A stretch of DNA of 64,000 bases from Octopus sinensis. Lineage: Eukaryota. Position 1 is the first letter of the stretch. Every line of letters begins with the position of its first letter. This document shows positions 12,871 through 27,547 of this stretch, one piece after another. The notes under the pieces were generated by a model. The model did no database searches. It was not told the origin of the DNA and saw nothing but the letters and a program-made list of their open reading frames with translations. A program made the position numbers and the translations under genes. Where the stretch lies: assembly GCF_006345805.1 (NCBI RefSeq), contig NC_042999.1, forward strand, positions 157,976,001 through 158,040,000. Direction: 5' to 3'.

Positions 12871-13649
12871 AATTCGAAACCGTTACTATTGTTTAGAATA
12901 GATGACAGAAACCGAGTGCTCGACACAGTTTTTTCATGTCTCTTTACACTTTCCGTTCAAATTTTACCTGGAATAAAAAAACCAAACATATAATTAAAAT
13001 TGACTCGATAGACGGCCTAATTACAAATCTCTGTTATGAGAGTAGGCGGCTAGAAAATAGTTGGCGCCTCTACGGACAGAGTTATCATGAACATCACGCA
13101 AATCTCTTTCACCATCCTTTAAGATTTACTAATTTGTGTCTAAGTCAACAAATTAATTTATGGCACGAGATTTATATAATGGCAGGGATTTGTTAGAAAT
13201 GGTAGTATCGGAATAACTACATTAAAACACCTAGTTGCTTCTCTCTCTCTCTCTCTCTCTCTCTTCCATGTTCTGAATTAGCTTTTTCTCAAAGTACTCT
13301 TTACCTTCCATTATTTATTCAAATTTGTTAAAATAAATTCTAGTTCTCGTCGCTGTTTTGTCAGACCAGTGATTAAAGGTTACTGAACTGTTCTCATTTT
13401 TTTTTTTAATTAAAGGAATCAAAACTACATCAATCATTGTGTCCTGCTCTTTCTGTCGACGGTAGAACGTGATTTAAGAGAGATTTCCCTGCTACTTCTA
13501 GCGGGTATGTGGATCGCATAGAGGCTCGGTAAGTTCGAATATTTAACTAGGTTTGATGAAATCGACATCGTAGCTTCCCTGTCCAGGTTGATCTTTTGTT
13601 TAGAGAGAAATCAGTAGTTGTCGTTTTCAACTGGATTCTGTTTATTTAG

Positions 13650-14028
13650 TGGAGGCGAAATGGCCCAGTGGTTAGGGCAGCGGACTCGCGGTCGGAGGAT
13701 CGCGGTTTCGATTCTCAGACCGGGCATTGTGAGTGTTTATTGAGCGAAAACACCTAAAGCTAAACGAGGCTCCGGCAGGGGGTGGTGGTGAACCCAGCTG
13801 TACTCTTTCACCACAACTTTCTCTCGCTCTTTCTTCCTGTTTCTCTTGTACATGTATTTCAAAGGGCCAGCCTTGTCACACTCTGTGCCACGCTGAATCT
13901 CCTCGAGAACTACGTTAAGGGTTACACGTGTCTGTGGAGTGCTCGGCCACTTGCACGTTAATATGACGAGCAGGCTGTTCCGTTGATCGCATCAGCTGGG
14001 ACACTCATCGTCGCAACCGACGGAGTGC
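13650..14028 (+). mobile_element. tRNA(Arg)-like SINE family B
   Basis: TGGCCCAGTGG A-box, GGTTTCGATTC B-box, TCG at anticodon position; (CTA)n tail; TSD TATTTAGT. Confidence 0.9.
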
Positions 14029-15599
14029 TCCTACTACTATTTAGTAAATGATGGCAATTGATTGAGGTGGATAACAGGAATGATAGGACACCAGGTATTT
14101 AGTTTTGTTAAAATTGAATTTGCTTTCGAACCTATTCGAGAGCGGAGGGTAAGCAACGCTTATTCAATGTGATTTATTCAGAAAAGAAAAGAAAAAAAAT
14201 CTGTAGCTTTTTGCAATAAAATTATGGCTTTGTGTCAGTATTAGATAATAATTACTCCTTGTACTATGATAAAAAAAATCAATGAAATAAATGTTACTCT
14301 GATATTAGTTACCCTAACCTGCGCTCCGATTTATAGCTTCCCACTCGAGTTCTGGCTCTTATTATCGATCACCGTAAGATAAATAGCTAAGTAAAAATAC
14401 TAAACCTTAGTATCATCTTTGTTATAGTTGTAGACACCAATTAGTTCCGGCTTAAATTTGTAGCCAGCGTATTAACAACGGAAGTCTGACTCTTAATTTT
14501 GGAATTTGCCTACTGTTTCCTGATATCTCCACCTGTTTGCAGTATTTAACAAAACACCACTTTTATTTAACTTTCTTTTAAGCTTTTCAGCTTAAGTATC
14601 TGAAAATGTCATAAAAATGCTACTATTTATCGTCGGTGATATTTTTGGATTAATGTTATATTTTACATGAATTTTATATTTTTGATGAATTATTTATAGC
14701 AACTCCTGTTTATATCACTATTACAATACCTTTTCCTTTTATAACTCAATTTGTTATAACAGTTAATGTATTTTGTACGGTTTTGTTTTGTTTTAGTTTT
14801 GTTGAAGTTTCTCAAAAGATTAAAACAACTTAAAACAAACTGTTAACTAATCTCAAAATAGTCGTTTTGCACGCCTGTGTATTACGCTAAATATAAACCA
14901 CAGTAGTTTATACAGTTGATTTCAAAATTAAATTTCTTTGAGATGCATGTAGAAACAAGATCACTATAGAAGCCAAATAATTCAGTTGAAGTAATGCATG
15001 GTGATAAAAATATACTGTATTATGTGTGAATTTATAATGGATCTTAGTACGGTGTAATAAACACTTTAAAGACAGATTTTCGAATATAAAATCACTGTCC
15101 CTTTGTGAAGAACAAGTTTTAAAGTTAAAAAAAAAATTACATCTCACCAAATATTATAAAATTGTATAAAAGTATATGATAAGGATTTTAACGCAAACTG
15201 AGAAAGTAAACACTTAGACCAACTCGAATACTACTCTAATTATTTCTTTAAAATTACATTCAGTGTTTATAGTAAACGCTGTAGTGCAGAGTTAAACTCA
15301 AAAAGACAAATGTATGATATACGATGTGTGGCATACGATGGATTTCTCGCTTTTTGCCCGCACTGTAACGATTCTGCCACCTCGCCAACTTAAGCTCCCT
15401 ACAAATTGATTCACTAATTGTATTTCGATTCTCAATTGATATTCGTGGGAAGAGGATATCAACTTATTGCAACTCTCAATTACTTTTACTATGTATGCTC
15501 AAGGACGAAGACGATATTGTTTTAGTTTGACTAATCAGTAATATAATTTATGATGAAAGAGAACGTAGATACTCATATCTTCCATGTGTAACCAGAGCT

Positions 15600-16680
15600 T
15601 GGAGAGAAACAATCGCTTCAACAGGGAAGTGATGCCGCAAAGTACATGAATACTGATTGGATCTTGTCACTGTCATTACGACATTAATTTATCGAAATCC
15701 ACGGGGAGATGAAGATAGTCTTGAAGGCCGGCTGCACATCTTACTCCACAGTGAAAATCTGGGTGTCAAGTTTTCGGAAAGGGTCATTTCAGATGAACCC
15801 CGTCCAGGATGCTGTGCACATCACGATTCTCGAGAACCGTCTAATTGCTGCTGCATTCATAGTTGAGACTGGCGATTTATACCGCGAAAGAGTTGGCTAC
15901 ATCATCCACATTTTGGACATGAGAAAGCTTTCTGAAAAATGGGTGTTGAAATGCCTGAACAGAGATGAGAAGCGCATCAGAGTGACGACATCGAAGGCAA
16001 TTTTGGACCGGTTTGCAGCGGGAGAAGCTGATTTCATAGCTCGCTTAGTCACCATGGATGAAGCTTGACTTCATCATTTTGATCTCCATACCAAGCGGTA
16101 ATCAGTAGAGTAGCGCCACAGCAGTTCATCAAGTCTCAAGAAATTTCCAGCCTAGAACACAGCTGGAAAGTGTTCTGGGACAAAGATGGCGTGCTCCTCA
16201 TAAAATACCTGCCAAAGCGTCGCACTATCAACGCAGAATACTACATGTCTCTGTTAGACGAACTGTGTGAAGTTTTGAATCAGAAACACCATGAAAAGCT
16301 GAGCAGTGGTGTCCTGTTTTTACTGGACAATGCACCAGAACACACAGTAATTGAAACTCTACGGGAAAATATGCGACTTTGGCTTCGCATAGGTAGGTCA
16401 CCCACCTTACTCACCTGGCTTGACCTCCTCCAAGTATCTTATCTTTCCACAACTTAAGAACCATCTCAAGGGAACGGAATTTCACTCCGATTCGGAAGTG
16501 ATCGCTGCTACAGGGGCCTGGCAGGAGGCCGAACCATCCGTGTTCTTTTTTACAGGGCTTAGAAAAACAAAAGTACCGCTGCAATGAGTATGCGAATCTG
16601 GGAGGGGAATATGTTGAATCAAATCATAATTAACTGATCCTATTGTTTTCTTTTACCCAATGTCAAGAGCCTCTCAGACA
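15600..16680 (+). mobile_element. Decayed mariner transposase
   Basis: RKLSEKWV, RLVTMDEA, FWDKDGV, TINAEYY, LLDNAPEH, PPYSP-like segment; several stops. Confidence 0.9.
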
Positions 16681-17610
16681 CGCGCACACACACGCACACA
16701 CACACGCATACACACGCATACACACACACAGACCGTGAAGACGGACGAAATGTCACTAAGCATTTTGCCCGGTGTGCTAACGATTCTGCCAGCTCCCCAT
16801 TTTAATGGGAAGAATATATAAAGACCATATTTAGCGTTCTAAAATTAATTTTAAAAAATGCATTAACAATATTGTAATATTAAAATGAATTAATTCTGCC
16901 TACATTTGCATAATACTAGTATCGTACCGGAATATTCGCAAGGTGATGTGATATAAATTTATATTTCACCTGTTATCTAAGAATGCTTGCGATCTTATAT
17001 GAAAAATGAATTCTATAAACACTTGCAATACAACGTAAAATCATAATAATGTATGTACTATATCATACTGAACTGAAGGAGCTACCAATATATAAACATA
17101 CTATACACAATACAGTTTTATTTAACATCTATTTACATACATTGTCTTGCTGTAACTGTAAATACAAGAACCATAAATTGCTTTTAAATAACTTTGTCTC
17201 TTCATGACTATAATAAATAAATATGATATATACTGGCAGACTTGTAAGTCTATCAAGCCCATCTATCTTTCTTCCTCTCTCTCCCCCACTTCTCTCTCTC
17301 TCTCTCTCTTTGTTTATCCCTCAGTCTCTATCTCTGTCTCCCTCTCTCCATATACAGAGTCTCTTTTTCGGGTAAAATTTTTGAAGAAAAATCCGACGTA
17401 TGATACTGCTTTCAAATTTTGACACAAGGCCAGCAATTTCATTAACAGTGTGGTCCAACGTTTGGAATAATTGTCGAGACTGTAATTGAGTGCTTCTTCT
17501 GATTAAAGAGAATGTTGTGCGCATATGTTTACTTGGTTTTCAGAAGCATTTATGTTTTCATACTTTTCAAAGAAGAAACGTAAGTATATGCCAAATAAAG
17601 AATGCTTTTC

Positions 17611-18231
17611 GAATCTTTACCTTTTGACCGACAGATTTAAAAATATAATCTTTTGTAACTAAACACTTTCAAACTTCGGACACTGGTAGTATGTGTCATA
17701 TAAATCATCTTTTACTCTTAGCGTTTTTGAGAAAAGCTTATATTTAGGAAGTTATTTCCCGTTAAAGTAGTAGTATTTCGGTAATTTCAACCAATCAATG
17801 ACGTGTATTCAGATGAATAAAATTACTGCTGTTGTTTGTCAACAAGAACTATCGGCGGTGTATTTTTCATTTGTCACTGTTATTTATGACATCATTCGTG
17901 TTTTTATACTTTAGGGTTTTAGGGTTAGGGTTTTAGGGTTAGGGTGTTAGGGTTAGGGTGTTAGGGTTAGGATTTTAGGGTTAGGGTTTTAGGGTTAGGG
18001 TTTTAGGGTTAGGGTTAGGGTTTTATGGTTAGCTGAATAAGTCATTGATTGGTTGAAATTACCGAAATACTACAACTTTAACGTGAAAAAACTTCCTAAA
18101 TATAAGCTTTTCTCAAAAACGCTAAGAGTAAAAGATGTTTTATATGACACATTCTACAATTGTCCGAAGTTTGAAAGAGTTTAGTTACAAAAAATGATTT
18201 TTTAAATCTGTCGGTCAAAAGGTAAAGATCC
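17611..18231. mobile_element. Fold-back GGATC-family MITE containing a ~120-bp telomeric tract
   Basis: ~175-bp inverted arms; TSD TGCTTTTC at 17603-17610 and 18232-18239. Confidence 0.9.
17911..18032 (+). repeat. Interstitial telomere-like repeat, TTAGGG alternating with TTTTAGGG/TGTTAGGG
   Basis: Direct reading. Confidence 0.95.
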
Positions 18232-18305
18232 TGCTTTTCAAACCTTCCATGATAAACGTTGTAAGTTTTGGAAGAATGAAATATAGAATACTAACAATGA
18301 AACAA

Positions 18306-18344
18306 TTGTCAAGCAATGCTAGGGGGACAAACACAGACACACAA

Positions 18345-18375
<31 letters not shown>

Positions 18376-18835
18376 CATATATACGACGGGCTTCTTTCAG
18401 TTTCCGTCTACCAAATCCACTCACAAGGCATTGGTCGGCTCGGGGCTATAGCAGAAGACACTTTCCCAAGATGCCACGCAGTAGGACTGAACCCGGAACC
18501 ATGTGGTTGGTTAGCAAGCTACTTACCACACAACCACTCCTGTGCCTATCAACTCAGCCACTCCTGCGCCTCTGTTAAGGAGTCTTTTATTTTTTTTTAC
18601 TTGTTTCAGTCATAAGACAGCGGTCATGCTGGAGTACTGCCGTAAAGAATTTTAGTCGAACGGATCGACGTTAGTACTTATTTATTTTTAAGACTGGTAC
18701 TTTTCTATCGATCTCTTTACCTCTAAGTTACGAGCACACCAACATCGGTAGTCAAGCAGTGGTGGACACACACACACGTGCGCGCACACATGCAAACCCA
18801 CGCGCACACACATACACATACAAATACACACACAT

Positions 18836-18880
<45 letters not shown>

Positions 18881-19058
18881 AATACACACATGCAAGACGG
18901 GCCTCTTTCAGTTTCCGTCAACCAAATCCACACACAAGGCTTTGATCAGACCGAGGCTCTAGTAGAAGACACTTAGCAAAGTTGTCACGCAGTGGGACTG
19001 AACTTAGGACCATGTGGTTAAGAAGCAAACTTCTACAACATAACCACACCTGCACCTA
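18306..19058 (-). mobile_element. Two SINE family A copies (one 3'-truncated, one diverged)
   Basis: Reverse-complement matches to 238-642. Confidence 0.85.
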
Positions 19059-19319
19059 TTGTTTAAGATTGCTGAAAGGATGTTGAAAATTTTATGAGAA
19101 AACTGGATGCTGTAAATTTGGAGGCTTTAATTCCCGACATGCAAATTCCTCACAATATATATGCTCCATTAAAGCGGTAAGTTGGCAGAATAGTTAGCGC
19201 GCCGGGCAAAATGGTTAGCGGCATTTCGTCCGTCTTTATGTTCTGAGTTCAAATTCCGCCAAGGTAGACTTTGTTTATCGAGGTCGATAAAATAAGTACC
19301 AGTTGTACACTGGGATCAC

Positions 19320-19682
<363 letters not shown>

Positions 19683-19684
<2 letters not shown>

Positions 19685-20102
19685 GAGGGGCTGTGTGGTA
19701 AGTAGCTTGCTAACCAACCACATGGTTCCGGATTCAGTCCCACTGCGTGGCATCTTGGGCAAGTGTCTTCTGCTATAGCCCCCGGCCGACCAATGTCTTG
19801 TGAGTGGATTTGGTAGACGGAAATTGAAAGAAGCCTGTCGTATATATGTATATATATATATATGTATGTGTGTGTATGTGTTTGTGTGTCTGTGTTTGTC
19901 TCCCTAGCATTGCTTGACAACCGATGCTGGTGTGTTTACGTCCCCGTCACCTAGCGGTTCGGCAAAAGAGACCGATAGAATAAGTACTGGGCTTACAAAG
20001 AATAAGTCCCGGGGTCGATTTGCTCGACTAAAAGCGGTGCTCCAACATGGTCGCAGTCAAATGACTGAAACAAGTAAAAGAGTAAAAGAGAGAGTAAAAG
20101 AG
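19683..20102 (+). mobile_element. SINE family A
   Basis: Full match to family consensus. Confidence 0.9.
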
Positions 20103-20754
20103 TATATGCTTCATTTTTAATTTTCATGTATATTTCACAGAAGAAACTCTTAAAATATTATAAAGCTACTGTAGATCCTCCTGTTTCCATATAACATCTA
20201 TTTTCATATTAACCTAGAGGAATTATATTTACGAAGACCATAAATTGCTTTTAAACGATGGCGTTGTCACTTCATGACAATGAATTAAATGCCTGCTGGT
20301 ATATTCGTAAATTAATCTGACGTGTACATATTCTCGCACTTCGCTTTCCCTGATTACACCTCTTCTTATTCACATGACGAAACAAGACGATTGACTATAT
20401 GCTAAAGATTCAAAACTATTAAAACCGAAACCACACCGTATAAGTTCTTAACATAGAAAAAGTCCCGGGGAGCTTTATCTTTGGGCAATATAATTCACCT
20501 TAATCGAATATTGTTTACGAAAGAACTTAAGTAAAGTTTATAAACACACTTAAATATCACGAGGCTGCGAAAATGTCTCTACTTAGAAAAGCATTACAAG
20601 AAAAATTCGAATCTTGGAATACTATCGAACGAATATGTCAATGAAATCTATTCAATGAATTAACTCAATAAATTACACGCAATAACACATACATATATAA
20701 TATATATAAACTGATTGTGGCAAGCGCAGCCGGTCAGCCTCTAGTACAAACAAA

Positions 20755-21175
20755 GGATTTTTTCGGTTTGAACGGCAGTGTTTTTCTAGAGGTGTCATAT
20801 GAAATTGTCACCCATAATTATGACCCTAGTATCGATCTATTACATTTCAATCTATTTTAGGGTTAGGGTTAGTTAGGGGTGGGGGAAGGATATCTTTTTT
20901 TCTTCATAAATGTAAATAAACCCAATCTGTTTCTTAAACGAGGGACATATTCATACGGCACAGAATGTTGTTTACCTCAATGGACGTCAGTGATTGGTTG
21001 AAATTGCAGAAATTGAAGAAAAAAACAACAAATATCTTACAAACTATAGAATTTTCTCAATAAAGCCAAGAGAAAAAGATGTTTTATAAACACATTCTAA
21101 CAGTATACGAAGTTTTAAAATATTTTAGTTACCTAGAAATTATGTTAAAAACTGCCGTTCAAACCGAAAAGATCC
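20755..21175. mobile_element. GGATC-terminal MITE (inverted relative to 11953-12372)
   Basis: Same TIR; TTAGGG repeats at 20856-20880; flanks share AAACAAA. Confidence 0.85.
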
Positions 21176-21672
21176 AAACAAACCTTGTATAAAAAATTAC
21201 TCAGTAATTAATCAATAAAATGCAGTTTCAGAAGCAGTTTCTTTCATAATGCGATTAAAGACAAAATGCCAATAAGATGAAAGGAAGGATGCAACTTCAC
21301 GCCGAGAATTTCGAGAACTTCAAATGTTGCTTACTATGCGATAATCAAATCTGTAAATAAAACAATTGGAAAAACGTAGTCGAGTACTACAGCTGTTTCA
21401 AAAGTATATCTTAATTAACATTTTGAATGTCTATCTGAAACAGCTGTTGTGCACGACTCTTCCATTCCTTACATACACACATACACACACACGTATATAT
21501 ACACACACATATATACATGTATATATATATATATGCACACATATGTACATATATATATACATATATATATGCCTATATATACATATATATACATATACAC
21601 ACACACACAACACACATACATACATACATATATATATATGTAGACATATACATATATACATACATAAATATA

Positions 21673-22913
21673 CAGGGTTTGGACTTATTATGGAAACATG
21701 TAGCATCATAGCATCATAATTTTGAAATATCTATAAAACCGTCAAAAGCTTGTTTATTTTTATGTTTTTTTTAAAATTTATTATTAGTGTTGCTTAATAT
21801 GTTTTGCTAAAATTACTGTATCTTTTCAGATATTATTAAAAAAAAGGTCATTAAAATTCATTAAAATGACAGATCTATCGGACTTTCGAAGAGGTGAATT
21901 TGTCGGTGCTCGTATGGCAGGCGCGAGCGTAACGAAAACAGCCGAAATGTTTGGTGTATCAAGAAGTACTGTCTCGAAAGTAATGACAGCCTTTGAGAAA
22001 GAGGGAAAAACCTCTTCCTCGCAAGAAAACTCCGGAAGAAAACCAAAACGTTCAGACAGGGAGCGTCGGACTCTCACTCGAATTGTTAGAAGGGATCATA
22101 AAAGTACAACACCCAAATTGCTGCAGAGCTTAATAACCACCTCGAGAACCCAGTTTCCACAAAACCTGTTCGCTGGAGCTGCACAAAGCCGTATTTCACG
22201 AGGGTAGGGCTGCCTTTTGAGTGGAGTAAAAACCTACTGAATTGGTCCCTAGAGCATAGGAAGAATGTTGTTTTCTCAGACGAGTCATCCTTTACCTTAT
22301 TTCCGACCACTGGCCGAGTATACGCGTGGAAACAGCCAAAACAAGCATTTGACCCAGACGGCTTTCTTCTAACTCTTAAACATAGAAGAGGATCTGTGAT
22401 GATCTGGGGGAGGGGGCTGTATCTTGGAAATCCGCCGGCTCAATGGTTTCCCTTCATGGCAGAATTAATAGTCAAGGCTATTTAAGCATTTTATCTGATC
22501 AAATTCATCCTATGGTTTCGGAACTGTTTCCAGAGGGAAACGCAATCTTTCAGGATGATAATGCACCAATTCACACAGCTAAAGTTGTTACTGAATGGTA
22601 TGAGGAACATTCTAGTGAAGTTGAACATCTTATCTGACCACCACAGTGCCAAGATCTCAATATTATTGAACATTTATGGCGCATTTTAGAAAAGCAAGAA
22701 AGGAGTCGATATCCTGCACCGTCGTCACTACAAGAACTGGAGACAGTTTTAGCTGAAGAATGGACAAAAATTACTTTGGAAAAAGTTCAAACTTTGCACC
22801 AGTCCATACCTTATAAAATTCAGGCTGCAATTACTGCCAAAAGCAGTCCTCCCCCATATAAATTGAATTTGTTTGAAATTTTAAGGAGCTTCCATTATTT
22901 TGTCCAACACCTG
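21673..22913 (+). mobile_element. Near full-length decayed Tc1 (DD34E-type) transposon
   Basis: TA-flanked imperfect TIR CAGG..TTGGAC; GARMAGASVTKTAEMFGVSRSTVSKV, FSDES, FQDDNAPIH, DLNIIEHLW; frameshifts. Confidence 0.9.
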
Positions 22914-22952
<39 letters not shown>

Positions 22953-22985
22953 CTGTATGCTGTGTTGTGTGTGTGTGTGTAGATG

Positions 22986-23032
<47 letters not shown>

Positions 23033-23099
23033 TGTCCTTACCCCCAACAGAGCATATACAAAAATATTAATAACTGATTACTCAATTTTAATTTATTTT

Positions 23100-24535
23100 G
23101 AGATTTAACCCATTAGAAATAATTAACGAAGCCACACAATTGCATTAGAAAATGCAATCGAAGTGCAAAGGCAGTTTAGATACAGAGCTAACCCCATGAC
23201 TTATTATCACTCGAATTAGAGATAAATTTAACGACGAAGCAAATCAAGAAAGAGTCAAGAAAACCTGTACGGCAAGCGGGTTGTGTGATAGGAATTTCAA
23301 AATGGAGTTTGAAGCGCTTTTATTGGAAAAGTTACATTCCAAGAATAGCTCATGCTCTCGATGAAGATGATCCGGATTGAAGGGTGGAGTTTTGCGAATG
23401 GTACTTGGCAAGTTGAGTAGAAAATGCACACCTTCCAACAAAGATTGTTCAGATTGGTGAGGCAACGTTTATATTAAATGCCTCAATTAATCTCCACAAT
23501 TTCATCTGGTGTGGACCTGAGAATATGCCTGTTAAGGAGTAACATACTCTTTACTCTTTTACTCTTTTACTTGTTTCAGTCATTTGACTGCGGCCATGCT
23601 GCAGCACCGCCTTTAGTCGAGCAAATCGACCCCGGGACTTATTCTTTTGTAAGCCCAGTACTTATTCTATTGGTCTCTTTTGTCGAACCGCTAGGTGACG
23701 GGGACGCAAACACACCAGCATCGGCTGTCAAGCAATGCCAGGGGGCCAAACACAGACACACAAACACACACACACACATACATATATATATACATATATA
23801 CGACGGGCTTCTTTCAGTTTCCGTCTACCAAATACACTCACAAGGCATTGGTCGGTCCGGGGCTATAGCAGAAGACACTTGCCCAAGATGCCACGTAGTG
23901 GGACTGAACCCGGAACCATGTGTTTAGTTAGCAAGCTACTTACCACACATCCGCTCCTGCGCCTATTTGTTTAATTTTTCAGGAATAAAACTATGGTGCG
24001 GTTAATCATCAAATGGACTAATTGGATCAGTCTTTTTGTGGTGGTACTGTGGCTGGTGCCTTTTACTTTAACTTGCTGCAACTGTCTGTCATACCAAGCA
24101 TTTAAGAGAACATTGAAGATGTAGAGTTTATTTCCGGCAAAACAGCTTAACACCACTACTGTAACGTAACGGCCTACCCTGACGAGATTTTGTCAAACTG
24201 GTGGATTAGGCAAAGAAGTTCCTCAGAATACCTTCCGCTCACACCAGACGTCACACCACTAGGTATTTTTATGGGGAAAGAGTAACTTTACGGCACAAAC
24301 TGGCAAAGGTCGTCGAATTGAGAACAGCTATTGAACGAGAATGCGCACAAATATCCAATGAAGCGTTTCTTGATGCTTGCGATTCCAGTGCCTGGACTGG
24401 AAGGCTCATCATCTTCTAAACATAAGAAAAACGTTAAATTGTGTCTGTGAATTTTATTACATTTTGAAATATATTTCAATAAACGCTGACTTTAAAATCA
24501 TTCAATGTTTGTATATATTTTGGGGTACCCTTGGA
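23100..24535 (+). mobile_element. Decayed Tc1/mariner-superfamily element (rosa/DD41D- or maT-like), interrupted by a SINE
   Basis: [60 protein letters not shown]-like motifs. Confidence 0.75.
23546..23963 (-). mobile_element. SINE family A
   Basis: Reverse-complement match. Confidence 0.9.
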
Positions 24536-24549
24536 TACATACACACTCA

Positions 24550-24795
24550 TGCATACCTACCTACCTACCTACCTACCTACCTACCTACCTACCTACCAAC
24601 CTACCTACCTACATACCTACCTACCTACCTACCTACCTACCTACCTACCTACCTACCTACCTACCTACCTACATACCTACATACCTACATACCTACCTAC
24701 CTACCTACCTATATACCTACCTAGCTACCTACCAACCTACCTACCTACATACCTACCTACCTACATACATACATACATACTTACATACATACATA
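24550..24795. repeat. (TACC)n/(TACA)n microsatellite
   Basis: Direct reading. Confidence 0.95.
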
Positions 24796-24851
24796 CACAA
24801 TACATACACATTCGTTTATATAAACACACGCACACATACATACGTAATATA

Positions 24852-25034
24852 CAGGGTGTCCCAGAAGTCGCGCACCACCTTATTGATTTAAAAAATACTT
24901 TTTGAATATAAACATGAATGCTCAAATTGAGCAGCCTCTGCAATAAAAAAATGCATCAGTTATAAAAGTAACATGAATTGCATGAATTATTTTTAATGAA
25001 AACCAGAATGGTGCGCGACTTCTGGGACACCCTG
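24852..25034. mobile_element. 183-bp Tc1/mariner-type MITE
   Basis: Perfect 26-bp TIR CAGGGTGTCCCAGAAGTCGCGCACCA, TA on both sides. Confidence 0.92.
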
Positions 25035-25159
25035 TATATATATATAGATATCAATCGATCTATCCATACATACATACATACATATTTACATATGTACGTA
25101 TGTATGCATGCACTATCTATGTATGTATGGAAGATGTTTGTTGTTTTGTTGTTTGTTCC

Positions 25160-25453
25160 TTCTCGAGCCATGCCTGGCTCATAAGGGACGGTTTCCCGGT
25201 TTCTTGGTGTATAGGTTCCCCACCTGGACGAAACGACGGTCCGTCGCAGGTGAGCTGCAAGATGCAGGAGGAAAGAGTGAGAGAAAGTTGTGGCGAAAGA
25301 GTCAGCAGAAGTTTCGCCATTACCTCCTGCTGGAGCCGCGTAGAGCATAGGTGTTTCGCTCATAAACACACACATCGCTCGGTCAGAGATTCGAACCCAC
25401 GATCCCCCGACCGCGAGTCCACTGCTCTAACCAGTAGGCCATTGTGCCTCCAC
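25160..25453 (-). mobile_element. SINE family B head with a different 3' half
   Basis: Head matches 13650-13840; distal part unrelated to other B copies. Confidence 0.75.
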
Positions 25454-25971
25454 TATGGAATATGTGATAGACTTGATAATAGTTGAGGTATTCCTTAGCA
25501 TGAAACAAAGCCTTAATACACAAATATAGAATCTTTATCCACCAATGCGGTGTTGAGCAATCATTGACATCGTTCGATATTTACGTGTGTATGTGTGTAT
25601 GTTTATACATACATGTGTATATATACGTATTGCAATACCAGCGAATTTACTGTCCCTATATTTCAAAGCACGAATGTCGTTAAGCAAGTGACAATTGAAC
25701 AAAGAATAAAAGAACACACGCATACACACACACACACATACACACACACACACATATATATATACATACATATATATAATATACATATATACATATATAT
25801 ATACATACACATATAATATATATAATATAATACACGTACAATATATACATACTATACATGCATATATATATATGCATATATATATATGCATTTATATATA
25901 TATATATATAATATATATATATATGTAATATATATATATGTATATATATTATATATATATTATATATATAT

Positions 25972-26054
<83 letters not shown>

Positions 26055-26196
26055 CATATATATACATATACTAATTATGGAATAACAATTCCGGCGTCAC
26101 AGGGATTCAAATTAATTGAATTGTTCTCGATAAGAAAATATATGTAATTTAGAGATAGAAGTCCCCATGCAATTCATCAAATCCTAATATATATCA

Positions 26197-26515
26197 GTGA
26201 GGGCGTGTGGCTTAGTGGTTAGGGCATTCGACTCATGATCGTAAGGTTGTGAGTTCGATTCCCGGCGACGCGTTGTGTCCTTGAGCAAGACACTTTATTT
26301 CACGTTGCTCCAGTCCACTCAGCTGGCAAAAATGAGTTGTACTTGTATTTTCAAAGGGTCAGCCTTGTCACTCTCTGTGTCACGCTGATTATCCCTGAGA
26401 ACTACGTTAAGGGTACACGTGTCTGTGGAATGTTCAGCCATTTGCACGTTAATTTTACGAGCAAGCTGTTCCGTTGATCGTATCAGCTGGGAACCTCGTC
26501 GTCGTAACCGGCGGA
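26197..26515 (+). mobile_element. CORE-like tRNA SINE (family E) sharing the 3' half of family B
   Basis: A/B boxes; CCTTGAGCAAGACACTTTATTTCAC..CAGCTGGCAAAAATGAG resembles the CORE domain; 3' matches 13850-14028. Confidence 0.8.
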
Positions 26516-26815
26516 TTCAAGAAATATACATCACATCCTATCATAGAATTTTATTTTAATACATACTATGTCAGTTCTAAATTTCACTTCTACACGTTTC
26601 ATGAGATTTTTTATCATTTTAAAATTTTTTCTCCGTAGATTTCGTTATATATCTTTTTATACTTTTTTTGTTTTTTGTCATTCATTCGTATTTGTTTACA
26701 TCCACTTTTATCTATAGCATTTATTCGAATATATATTTCTTTGTCACTGTTTATTTTATCATCACTATATTATATATTCTTTTCATTATTATTATATTAT
26801 ATTATATTATATTAT

Positions 26816-27218
26816 AGGCGCAGGAGTGGCTGTGTGGTAAGTAGCTTGCTAACCAACCACATGGTTCCGGGTTCAGTCCCACTGCGTGGCATCTTGGGCA
26901 AGTGTCTTCTACTATAGCCTCGAGCCGACAAAGCCTTGTGAATGGATTTGGTAGACGGGAAACTGAAAGAAGCCTGTGTATATATGTATATATATATATA
27001 TGAGTGGTGTGTGTGTTTGTGTGTCTGTGTTTGTCCCCCTAGCATTGCTTGACCAACCGATGCTGGTGTGTTTACGTCCCCGTCACTTAGCGGTTCGGCA
27101 AAAGAGACCGATAGAATAAGTACTGGGCTTACAAAGAATAAGTCCCGGGGTCGATTTGCTTGACTAAAGGCGGTGCTCCAGCATGGCCGCAGTCAAATGA
27201 CTGAAACAAGTAAAAGAG
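26816..27218 (+). mobile_element. SINE family A
   Basis: Full match. Confidence 0.9.
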
Positions 27219-27451
27219 TATAGTTTTCTTCATTCCTACATATCATTAATTTATATATATGTTCCTAGGGACAAGTCACGTTTGATTTTAGTTTTAAATT
27301 TTATAATTCTTAATTAATTAAATTATGGCTTGCACGGCAAGGTTCGGCGAATTTATTTGCACATCCGATGCTTTGTTTGTTAGTTACATTCGTAACTGAT
27401 AAAATATAAGAATATAGGAATAGTCATAGATTTATAAATAAGTTATGGAGA

Positions 27452-27547
27452 GTCCTGATGATTGGGGTTGCAGTTAAGACATGTTTCTGAAAAGGACTGA
27501 GGGTCTCGGCAACATTAAACGCACCTCACGAAACACGTGTAGGAGAG
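27452..27547 (+). ncRNA. Hammerhead-like motif with long stem II
   Basis: CUGAUGA, ~68-nt imperfect hairpin, GAAAC ACGU GUA; stem I weak in this copy. Confidence 0.45.
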
